This document shows positions 11,288-21,332 of a DNA stretch of 64,000 nucleotides, one piece after another. Source of the DNA: Lama guanicoe. Its lineage: Eukaryota. The notes under the pieces were generated by a model, which worked only from the letters and a program-made list of their open reading frames with translations, did not search any database and was not told the DNA's origin. Position 1 is the first letter of the stretch. Each line of letters begins with the position of its first letter. The translations under genes and the position numbers were made by a program. Where the stretch lies: NCBI GenBank assembly GCA_013239625.1, contig MU053216.1, positions 496,001 through 560,000 on the forward strand, written 5' to 3'.

Positions 11288-12769
11288 AATACGCGTAAAC
11301 CAACTGTTTGCTGGTCAGCCTTCCCCCGAGACCGCCTGGTTCACAATCTTTAGCTTCAGCACCTAAACCCACACCCAGGAAATGGGGCGCCGGTTACATA
11401 CTTACTGCAGGGATGGCCGTGTGGCTGGCCGCCCAGAGGGCAGGGGAGAGGGAGTGCTTGCAGACAGACTCGGGAAGGGCCCCCGTGGACAGATGCACGA
11501 CCAGACGGAGCACGTGGAGGGCACCGCCCCCGACCCTGCCACCGCTCAGGGTGGGCCTCCCGGAGCTGAAGCCGCAAACTCACGGGTGCAGGCGCCGGCC
11601 CTCTGGACGCTGGAGCTGAGGTTCCCCACCCAGGTCCACACAGACACGGTGTAGCAGGAGCCGGGCACTAGGCCCGTCAGCGTCAGGCTGGAGTGATCTG
11701 AGCCCACATCGACGAGACCACCTGGTGACCTCTGGCTGCCTTCCAAGTGCCAGCTGACCCTGTAGCCTTCCCGCTGCCCCGGTGCTGGGACCCAGCCAAT
11801 GGCCAGCTCAGAGGGGCTGCCCCTGCCAGTGACTTTCAGAGACTGGGGTTCCAGGGATCCTGGAGAGAGAAGCAGTTTGGTAAGGGGGGCATATGATGTC
11901 TGGGGCCCTGTGAAGCCCCTCCCTTTCCTCCTCAGCCCTCCCCCACCTAGGTCTCTACCTCCAAGGCGCAGCCTCCCAGCCCCAAGGCGGGCGACACAGT
12001 GCTGGCACCCACCTGTGTGGCCTGGGAGGCTCTGGGTGGTGTTCCCCAGAGAAGAGACCACGTCCGCCTGGTAGTGGCCCCCAGGCCCATGGAGGGTGCC
12101 CGGGGTGGCACCGGGTGGCACGGAGATGTTTCTGAGAAGGCCTGGGGCTCCCTCGGTGTAGAGCATGGTCTGGCTCCCAGGCCCCCCGCTGGTCTCCTGC
12201 CTGTCCCGGGGCAGCTCAGGGCCGTCACCTTGTCCAGGCTGGGCTGCAGAGTTGGGAGAGGACATGGTCCCTGGAGAGGGAGGATTCACCTGCCTCTTGG
12301 TGCAGGGCCCCGCCCTCCTCCACCCTAGCCCAGACTCACCCTCCAGCCAGGCACTGGCCTGGGCCCAGGCGTCATGGGGCCCGGCCAGAACCCTCAGCTC
12401 CAGAGTGTAGCGTCCGGCTGGCAGGGGTCCTGAGAACGTGGCATTAAGGGCCCTGGGGCCCAGAGTGATGGTCTTCTCCACTGGCCCACTCAGCCTGAGC
12501 AGGTAGCCATCCTGGGCCCCGGGCCCCGCCTCCCAGCTGGCACAGAGCCCTGGGGGCAGGGGCATGAGCAGCAGGTCCAGGGGGGCTGAGGGATCTGTGG
12601 GGAAGGGAGCAGGATGTGACCTGGGCACTGGTGAGAACAGTCCCACCCATATGCAGCTCCCCTCTGTGCTCAGGGCCAGGTCACACCCAGGTGGACACGG
12701 TAACAAATGATAACACATCGAGTGACCGAGTGTGCTGGTGCAAGATCCCACACTCCTCCCAACACCGCC

Positions 12770-13110
12770 ATTCTTGCCCCCTTTAAAGGTGCAGAGACCG
12801 AAGCTCAGAGAGGGTGAGCAATCTGTCCAGAGACCTACAGCCAGTGAGTGGCAGCAGTGGACTCAGAGCCCAGGCGGCCTGGCTCTCCACTCTTCACCAG
12901 CGCCAGACAGCGCTGCTCTGCACAGAAATGCAGCAGAGTCCCTGTGTGCTCAGCCCAGCCTGGACGCTTGTAAGTCTCAGGACCTGGTCCCTCTCTCTGA
13001 ACCTTGGTCCCCTCAACGTAGCAGGGGGATAACAAGACTTACATGGGGCTGTTTTGGAGGGTAAATGAGATGATGCACGGGGCTGGCACACGGAGGGTTC
13101 CAGTGACAGT
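12770..13110. mobile_element. Two degenerate MIR fragments in opposite orientations
   Basis: gcagagaccgaagctcagagagggtgagcaatctgtccagag (reverse core) and ctctctctgaaccttggtcccctcaacgtagcagggggataac...gagggtaaatgagatgatgca (forward core). Confidence 0.55.
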
Positions 13111-16100
13111 AACTGTCACCACGGACATCTCCTGCAGGAGCGCGCTCCCTCCGGGCCACACCCTTCCCTGCAGGGTCCTGGGCCCTCACCCCCCAGCTGT
13201 ACCCTGCCATGTCCCCCTTTTGCTTCAAGCACTCACAGGTCCACTCAGTGGCGTTGGGTCCCACTGTCTGAAGGGGCCCGGCAACAGCTGTGAGCATCAG
13301 CTTATAGGGGGTTCCCGGAGAGAGGTGAGCAAAGGTGTGACTGGAGACACCCCGTCTGATCCCTGCCATCAGGTTGGGGCCACCAAGGAGGTCTGTGAGG
13401 GCGAGATGCAGCCAGGCGGCGCCCCGAGAGCTGTTCCAGGAGGCCTGCAGGGCACTGGTGCCCAGGGCACGCAGCGCCAGCTGACCTGGAGCCTCGGGGG
13501 CTGGAGGGAGAGCCGTGGGCTCGGAGGAAGGGCCCGAACAGTGTCCCAGCAGCCAGAGCCCAGAGGCCGGCTGCGCTGGCACACAGCCCTGCACTGCCCC
13601 CTCCCAGACTGGCTGCCACCTGGGGCCTCGCCGAGTGCTGGCCTAACCTGTCCACTGGTGGGTGCTGGTCTTCGCCTGGAGGTTGGCAGCCCAGGTGGTA
13701 ACCTCCAAAAGGTAAGAGGTCGCTGAAACTGTAGGACAGGGTCCCCGGGGCCACGGAGATGTTATGAGCCACTGCCTGGGATTCCAGGTGGTAGAGGAGA
13801 AGCTGGTAGCCATCCTGCCCACCGGGGGCAGTGCCCCACGAGGCCTCCAGGCTGAACGGGCTCCCAGAGCTGCGGAGCCGCAGGGCCTGGACAGCGGACG
13901 GGGCTGCCCCGGAAGCAGAGGCACCACGTTCGGGGCCAGGGCATCGCCCCTGCTGCTAGTGCTCTGGACAGGCCACTGTGCCAGGCATGGTCCTCGGGCA
14001 CTTCGCCCTCCTTGGCACCCTGTCCCCCGACCCTCCAGGGTGTCCACATCAGTGCCCGCAGCCCCTCCCCTGCCTGCTGGCCAGGCACCTGTGTGGGCAG
14101 TGAGGACGACGGTGGTGTTCTGCCCGCAAGGGTGCAGGGCCGTCACTTCCAGCTGGTACTGACTTCCTGGCACCAGGTCCTGGAACTCAAAGCTGGACGC
14201 ACTGGTGTGGGTCTGGAGCTGCTGCCCTTCGGGGAAGCCCAGGGGGCTCAGCTGGGTTAGACGGAGTATGTGACTGGGACTGCCAGGCCCTGGGGCTGCC
14301 CAGCTCAGAGCGAGGCTGGCGGACGTCCCCTGGCCACTCACGTTCACGGTTGGAGGTGGTCCTGGGGAGAAGGGTGTGTTCAGACGCTCCCCACACACCC
14401 CTTCTGCCCTAAAGAAGGCGGGAAGGCAGGAAAGGCCAGAGCAGAGACAGGGTCTGGGTGGAGAAATGGCCCCGCCCTACTCCCCGCACCCCCAGCAGGG
14501 CTCCTACCTCTGCTCTTCCCGCCTGGACCCCCTTCAGGGAGGGACACTCGTCTTCTTGTGGGGAGGAGGTGGTGGGAGGCTATGGGCAGACGCTATGGGT
14601 CCAGCCAGGATCAGAGACGGCTGTCCTCTCATCTGGCACCCCAGACCTGGCCACGGGGCATCACGCAGGATACCCAAGATGCGGAGGCCGGCAGCTAGGG
14701 GCAGACCACTCTGTCCTCGTCTGGGCTGGGAGGGAGCACCGCTGCCTGAAGCAGACCAGCTGTGGGTCCACGGAGCAGCAGGGGGCCTGGAGGCCTGGGG
14801 AGCAGGGGGTCCCCTCACCTCCCCCACCTCCAGTGCCCACCTAACCTGCGCCAAGAAGCCTCCGAGCCAGAGGAGCGCAGCGAACAGGACCAGGGGCCTC
14901 ATCTTGATGGACAGATGGACAGACGTCTGCAAGGGAGAGCCGCAGGAGGAGCCAGTCCCTCAACCTGCCCCTTGCCCTGGGAGCTGGCAGGCAGGCAAGT
15001 GCGGCTGCGCTGCATCTCAGCAGGGGGCAGGCAGCCTCTCCACCCGGGGCCCTGACCCCACTGCGCCCAGCTTGGCAGGGCCTGGTGAAGGGGGCAGATC
15101 GCAGCTCCCAGGCTGCAGACCAGCTCACCTCTCACTCTGCACCCCCTCCACCCTCTGCCCGCAGGTGGCTTCCCAGGTAAGGACATGCCCTGTGCTGGGG
15201 GTGGGCACACACACAGAGGCAGCTAGCCCCCCAGCTCTCTGCCCCCGGGAGAGGAGGGCCGTCTGACTCTCAACACATGGAGATGGATGGGGCGTTTGTG
15301 TTCCTCTGGGATCAGATCCTGGTGACATTGCCTGGGGGCGCGCTGCTGGGTGCCTGTGTGGATGGACCAGCTGTACATGTGAGCCCCCTTCTGGGTACTC
15401 CTGAGGCCCCACGTGCTGATGGACACTGGAGCACGCCCTAGAGGCCTTGAGTCTCCGTGACTGTAGATCTAGAAAGGCATGTGGCTCCACACCCTCACAC
15501 CCCAGGGGAGGGATAGCCCAGCTGGCCGCAGTGTGAGGAGGGGCTGGACTGGAGCCTGGGACTCCCAGCTCCTCCCAGCAGAGACCGCATCCCACTCCCA
15601 GCCCCCAAGGACGCGTGCTCGCCACCCCCACCTCCCCCACCCAGACTAGCGGTGCCCACGGGCCCTGGCCCTCCTGCCCCCACCTGCTCAAAGGCCCAGA
15701 GCAGCCTTTCTGAGGCCTGGCCTAGAGGTCCCTCTAGCCTGGAGCCAATTACCTCCTGGAAATGCCCCCGCCCCGGCCCCCAGCTGTCACAGGAGGGGAC
15801 AGCAGAGGAAAGGAAAGAGCTCTGGGCCCTGGGGACTCAGGAAGTGAGGAGGGGGACACGCAGCAAACACGCAGGTACAGAAACCGAGCAGCGAGACGGC
15901 TTCTGCGGGAGCTGGTCTCCCTGGGGCCAGTGGGGCTGGGAGCACAGGCCTGCAGGGAACCTGCTTAGCCCCACTCCCACCCGGGGTCCTCCCGCTCCAT
16001 CAGGCCCCGAACCTCAGCGCGCCCGCTGGCCTCCGGACGGGGGCCTGGAAACTCGACCCTGCAGCCCCACCAAGTTTTCCAGGCTGCGTGTGTGTGTGCG

Positions 16101-19100
16101 CGAGTGTTCACGTACACGTGTGCTCCTTCAAATGAGGTGGGGGTGGGGGTAGCAACCAGGGAAACTGATGTGAAAGGTGGAGGCCTTGGTCTGGCCAAGA
16201 GGAGGGGGAAACACTCTGCCCTGGTCCCTCCTCCTTCCCACCTCACCTGGGGCACCTCGCGTGGCTCTTTCCGGCAGCGTCTGGAGAGCTGGGGTGGAAA
16301 CACCCTAATTCAGAATCCAAGTGGAAGAGACACAGCAAAACAGGGTTCTAGGTAAGGGGGTGGGGCTTCAGACCTGCCCCAAGAGTCTCCGCCGAAGAGG
16401 GCCCGTTGGGGGCACACAGACTCCACAGCCAGCCCCACGGACGGGCCCACAGAGGGCACCTGGCCACAGGGGCCAGCCCTGTCCGCCCCCAGCCAGCCTG
16501 GGGCAGCCTCGTGCTGGGCCTCTGGAGAGGCGGCAAGAAGATTCCGACAGATAAGAGGCGGCCTCCCAGCCCCAGCCTCTCCATTCAGCAACAAGTGCAC
16601 CACAAGGGCTGCGCCTCTTCCCCGGCCAGCCCGCCCACAGACAAACCCACATCCTCTGCCTAGAGAGCCCCTGAGTCCTCCCAAGGTCCCGGCACCTTGC
16701 TGATTCCTTCTGGAGAGAGCCGGGCAGGAGGCAGAGCCAGGCAGGGGACCTGTCCAGGCGTCCTGGCTCCAAATGCAAACCAGGCGCTGCCCAGCTCTCT
16801 CTTCCGGCCCCTCCTCTCCACTCCCCCTGCCTGGAGCCAGGCCTTGGGCACCCCCAACACTGGGGGAAGATAAGCTCCCAGCAGAGAAGGGCCAGTGGCT
16901 CCAGGCAGCCCCGCCTGCCACTCTCCCTCCCACACAGGGGAAGGTCACCAGGGAGGGGTCGGCCCAGGCCCCTCTGGCCAGGCTGTGGGAAGGCTGCAAG
17001 GGGCTGGGGGCAGTGGACTGGCCAGGTGATGGGTGTGCCCACAGCCGTGGCATGTGTGTGGACCAACAGTGTGTACGAGCACGCGTGAGTGTGAGGGTGC
17101 ACACAGCTATCTCAGGTGGATGTGCACGCGTGGGGGTCCGGGGACGTTGTCAGGGGGCAGACAAGAGGGCCCCTGGGGAGAAAGGCCATACTGGGGAACA
17201 GATGTCCACGTTGCTGGCCCTGGGCCTGGGAGAGAGGGAAGGACCCTCTTCTGTCATAAAACCTCCCTCCAGGGACCTGAACTCCAGCAAACTGGATCCC
17301 CCAGTACCAGGCTGGACTTACTCATCAGTCCTTCAGCCAGCGGAGAGAGAGGTATGGGAAAGTCCCCTTCACCAGCTGGCACCCAAATGGTGTCAGGGAA
17401 ACTGGGTCGGGTGGGGGCTGGGTATCTGGGCCGGCCCCCCCAGAGGAGGCTCCTGGGTGTGCCCAGTGGGTGCCCTAGCCTTCCTGCTGGCCCAGACCCA
17501 CTGCACACCTCCCCCAGCCCTTCTCAGCCCTCCCCTGCATGTGTCCTCCTTCCAGACCCCAGCTCTGTGTCCCTGCCTCCTCCACACAGCCAGGGACAAG
17601 CTGGGCCTGCAACGCTGGGCAGAAGCTGGCCTGGACTGGTCCAGGATTTGGGGGCTGTGTGTGGGAGGACCCAGGGTCCCAGGGCTTCTCCAGAGAGGAA
17701 CCAGAGAGGAAGAGGGCTGGACAACGGTTTGGGGTGGGGGAGCAGGATGTGCACAGGGTGCAGAACCCCCACAGCTGGCCCAGACCCCGAGATTCCTGCC
17801 TCAGGAACCGGGTAGGGCAGCCCCTTTGGCTCTGGGGCCGGCAGCAGCCTGGCCCACTCCCCCAGTGCTGCAGGAACAAGACTTGGGAATTTCGGGCACA
17901 CCTGCCCCTCCGAAGGGCTTCTGGCCCTGGGGACAAGGAGCTGAGGCTCACAGCCCTGGAACTGGGGAGGGACAGGAGGGGACAGTGTGCCCCAGGCAGC
18001 CCTCCTCCCGAAGGCCATCTGAGACATGGGACGTGGAGACCATGGTTCCTGCGCCCCGGCCCTCCCCTCCCCCAACAGCGGGCTTCTCCGCCGAGGCTAC
18101 CGCCTTCTGACCACTGCGGGAGAGGCTGTCATTGCAGCCCTGGGGAGGGAGGAACCTGGGGAGGAGCCGGAGCCCCAGGCAGGGGCAGAAGGTCGCCCAG
18201 GTCACAGCTGGCGACCCAGTGAGGGCTCAGTGCAGTCCTCCTGGCTTTCAGCCATTGCCGTGTCCTGAACCCAACCCTGGATGACAAGTCAGCAGCTGGA
18301 GTGACGAAGGCCTGAGAGCCATCCGGGCTGGCCCGCATCAGGAGCCAGGATGGCGTGGGGCTGGGGACACACTCTCGGGCCTCCAGTCCTTGCTTGCCCC
18401 AGCAGCCTGGATGGAGCAGAATCCACTGCAGAGAGGGCAGAGCGGGTGGCCCAGGCCGCCCAGCCAGTCCTGCCCTCCCTGAGCTTCAGGGGTGGTGCCC
18501 CCGAGCTCTGGTCACACACCTCCACAGGTGTCCAGGGGAGAGAGGCGGGCAGTAGGCAAGGTGACTATGCCCCCTCCACCCCCACCCCTGGCCCACCGCG
18601 TCCTGCTCCCCACCCAGCAGCTCAGCTCCAGCACCTCACATTGCCATGGCCCAGCCTTGGGAGGGGGAAGGAGTGTGCTCACTGCCAGCAGGGGCCAAGG
18701 AATGGGGGGCCCTGGGAGAACAGTGTGGGGAGGGCCGCGCCCGCTTCCTCCTCGCCACCCTGCGGTGTCCTCGCTTCCTGTTCTTGACACAGCAAGGCTC
18801 AGAGCGGGCGGCCCTCTTTCCAATCCCCTCCCGCCCCCCATGTGATCCCCAGGGCCCCACTGTCCCCTGATGGAAACACTGGAGGGGCTGGGGGCCGGTG
18901 GAGGCAGAGTTCACTGCCCACAGCCTCACCAGGCATGGCATCCCCATACCCCTGCCCCTCCTCCCCGTCTCAGCACCAGAGCAGCTGTGCCAGGCCTCCT
19001 CTCATGGGATCCCCCAGAGGAGCACAGGCGAGAGGAGGAGGGCCGTGGCTGGGGGGCGGCTCAGGAAGGAGCCAGGAGCAAGGGCCGGGCCGGGGGCCTG

Positions 19101-19741
19101 CAGAACCCAAGAGCGCCATCCTGCTCTCCGCATCAGCCCACCCCAGGGCCAGCAGAAGGCCGCCCCTCCCCATCGCCCCCTCTGCGGGCCCACCCCCTGC
19201 CTATTGCACCTCATTTCTTTCCTGCTGTCATCATTTGACGGCTGAATCAGAGATGGGGGCGTGAGGGGGGTGTGGGGAATGTCACCAGGTAAGAGATGAG
19301 CCGGCCGGGAGCACGCACCCGCCGGGCCGCTGGCCACCAGGAGGCCTGCGGGCGAGGCAGAGGCCAGGCAGAGAGGTCTTGGATTTGGGGGCCGGCCCCA
19401 GACCCCAGGCTCCAGATGCCCCAGCAGCAAAGGAGACCCGGGAGTCCCCTGGTGTGAGAGCCAGAGACCATCTACTCTCTGTAAGTCTCTGAGCAGATGG
19501 CAGGGTTCTGGGAGGAGGCCTAGAAGGGGCTGGGGCCAGGGGAAGGCCCTCAGCGCCTCTGACCAGCTGTCTCCACTGCATGCTTCCAGGGTGGCTGGCC
19601 TAGTGCAGACTAGAGGCAGCTTGGGGTCTGGGGACCACCTTCCAGCCTGGCCTAACATTCTCCATCGTGGAGCAAGGATGCTTGCCTCCCCTTTCCCCCA
19701 CCCCATCCCAAGTCTGCACCCACTTCTGCCTGGGCCTGGCC

Positions 19742-19751
19742 GGGAATTCCC
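19742..19751. promoter_or_regulatory. Palindromic NF-kB site upstream of PTPN7 exon 1
   Basis: GGGAATTCCC, a perfect GGGRNNYYCC match about 400 bp upstream of the non-coding first exon; ETS-like cggaaat at ~19805. Confidence 0.45.
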
Positions 19752-20146
19752 AAGGCTTGGAGGAGCTCAGGCTTCCAGGGTGAGGGGCTGAGGAGCAGAG
19801 AAACGGAAATCAGTTTCTGGACAAGGTCAGCAGGAGCAGGAGCACCTGGGCCTCTACGCAGGCCAGCCCGGAGCTGGGTCGGCTGAGCTCTGCCCAGCAA
19901 GCAGGCTGGACGTGGCGAGGACCCCAGGGAGAAGGGCTGCAGGAGGAACAGGGCTCAGGAGCTCAGGGATCGGGTCGGGGTGGTCAGAGACAGCCTGGCG
20001 CCTCGTCCATTCCCAGGGAGCTGGGCCTCGGGCCACGGCAGCGATGCTGGGACACTGCCTGCCAGCCCCCAGCAGGGCAGAGGCAGGAGGCACCGACCCC
20101 TGGTGGTGGCAGAACGCAGCTGGGTGTGCGTGGGTGGCAGTGAGGA

Positions 20147-20246
20147 GGGGCGGAGGGAGGAAGCTGGCTTCCTGAAGTCTTCTCAGCCCTCAAAGACAGA
20201 CAGACAGACAGCTGGCAAGAGGCACACGGGGGACACAGCTGCTTCA
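20147..20246 (+). promoter_or_regulatory. PTPN7: PTPN7 proximal promoter and non-coding exon 1
   Basis: GC box GGGGCGGAG (20147-20155), ETS cores ggaag/cttcctg, a gaca repeat, and a strong donor ca|GTAAGT at 20247; probable acceptor tcag| at 21215. Confidence 0.6.
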
Positions 20247-21260
20247 GTAAGTCCCTGAACCGGGGGTGGAGGGGTCCTGCGGGCCTGGGGTGGTGCAGAC
20301 CTGGGGAGACAGGAGGGCCCCTCTGAGGAGGATGTGCAAGAGGGCACCTGGGGTCACGGTGCCTGGATGGGGAGTGGGTGCTGAGCAGCCGATGTGCAGG
20401 AGGGGGCGGGCAGGGCTCCGCAGGGAGACCAGGGGCAGAGGAGCCCCGCCGGCCGCCCGCCGCGGAGAGTCTCTCTGCCTCCCCCACCTGCACACCCGCT
20501 CCTGCCCTCACCTTGGTCCCTGGGCTCAGCAACTCCAACACCCCCACCCCACCTCGGAAGCTGGGACCCTGGCTCTGGAAGATGGGGACTGTCCCCAGAG
20601 GAGGGGCCCCGCCACGTCCGCGCCCCAACTTGTGCCCCCAGCTGTTGCCTCCCCACGCGCTGTCGCTCAAGGGCTTGGTGAGGCCATTTCCTGTGACGGT
20701 TACAGAGGCGGGATGGGGGGATGGGCAGAGGAGGAAGGAAACACCCCAGCCTACCTCCCTGGACAGAGACCCCCAAAGCCAGCATGGCCCCGGGAGTGGG
20801 ATCGCCAGCAGTCAGGCCAGCAGCCTGCATGCCGGGCCCCCTGTGGCTCCAAGGCTCACGAGGCCACCACCTTCTTGTCCAGAGGAGGCCCACGTAGACC
20901 CAGAGGTGCCGTCTCAGCCGTGGCCCTTCCCTCATACAGACCTCGTCTGCTCCTCCCTCACTGTCGCCCCAGCTTAGGGCCCGAGCGGCCCCTCCCCCTC
21001 CGCCTCCTTCTGGATGCTTCCCCATCCTCACCCACAACCTCCACCCTTTATCTTGTCCAGACTGCCACGGCCCGGGGTCTCCTTGCAGAGATCCTGGCCT
21101 CCCCACAGTGAGAAAGCCACCACTTGCTGGGGAACAGAAGACACCCCAGTGCAAACAGAGGCGCCGCAGGGCAGAAGGCTGGCCTGGGCCTGGCAGCCTC
21201 CCTCTGGCCTGTCAGGCAGCCCGGAGGCCCAAGCTCATGGCTGAGTGAGCGTTCCCCAGC

Positions 21261-21332
21261 ATGGTCCAGGCCTGCGGGGGATGTCCCAGAGCACAGCTGC
21301 CAGTCTCACCTTCGCCTTGGGGGCAGCCATGA
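21261..21332 (+). other. 23-codon uORF overlapping the PTPN7 start codon (ATGA)
   Basis: agcATGg at 21261 reads [23 protein letters not shown] then TGA at 21330-21332. It starts 68 nt before the main ATG (21329), so it is out of frame. Confidence 0.8.

Larger units (their letters stand above)
8347..14361 (-). pseudogene. PTPRV: PTPRV ectodomain: ten phase-1/phase-1 fibronectin type III exons
   Basis: Ten 231-282 nt exons, most with FN3 hallmarks (SW...Y/F..L...L.PG..Y...), e.g. LALSWAAPGP...FQDLVPGSQYQLEV and LTLTGLVPGSCYTVSV. Exon 4 (256 nt) and exon 9 (277 nt) are not multiples of 3. Confidence 0.9.
84..14902 (-). pseudogene. PTPRV: Receptor-type tyrosine phosphatase V (OST-PTP/Esp), unitary pseudogene with 33 recognisable coding exons
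   Basis: Signal peptide MRPLVLFAALLWLGGFLAQ (ATG 14902), 10 FN3 exons, TM exon, tandem D1/D2 PTP domains ending QQYIYLYNCLNSAPLDGLP* (TGA 86-84). Exons: 14846-14902, ~14508-14555, 14089-14361, 13648-13903, 13237-13500, 12340-12594, 12013-12243, 11584-11859, 10242-10518, 9328-9591, 8901-9167, 8347-8628, 7968-8109, 7487-7697, 6954-7021, 5982-6108, 5857-5904, 5177-5270, 4997-5087, 4827-4903, 3929-4063, 3197-3319, 2601-2761, 2394-2529, 2048-2115, 1804-1891, ~1658-1712, 1500-1567, 1255-1383, 1019-~1145, 767-927, 349-484, 84-143. Disablements: TAG 3232-3230; frameshifts in exons 2, 4, 9, 13 and 30; GT>AT donors at 1499 and 348. Head-to-head with PTPN7, as in mouse and human. Confidence 0.93.

Noticed and set aside
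84-14902. Calling PTPRV an intact CDS
   Set aside because: Even if every homopolymer frameshift is discounted, the TAG in D1, the 14-bp deletion and two GT>AT donors remain.
14926-16300. PTPRV non-coding 5' exons and an ATF4-type site (tgatgtgaa ~16166)
   Set aside because: An acceptor at 14927 implies an upstream exon, but several candidate donors exist and the motif is not an exact match; not supportable from sequence alone.
16773-18110. 445-aa plus-strand ORF, and similar long ORFs (e.g. 44569-45741, 49052-49993, 35250-36338)
   Set aside because: Low-complexity Pro/Gly/Ala/Arg-rich translations with no recognisable domain, as expected by chance in very GC-rich DNA. Some are antisense to or run through real exons.
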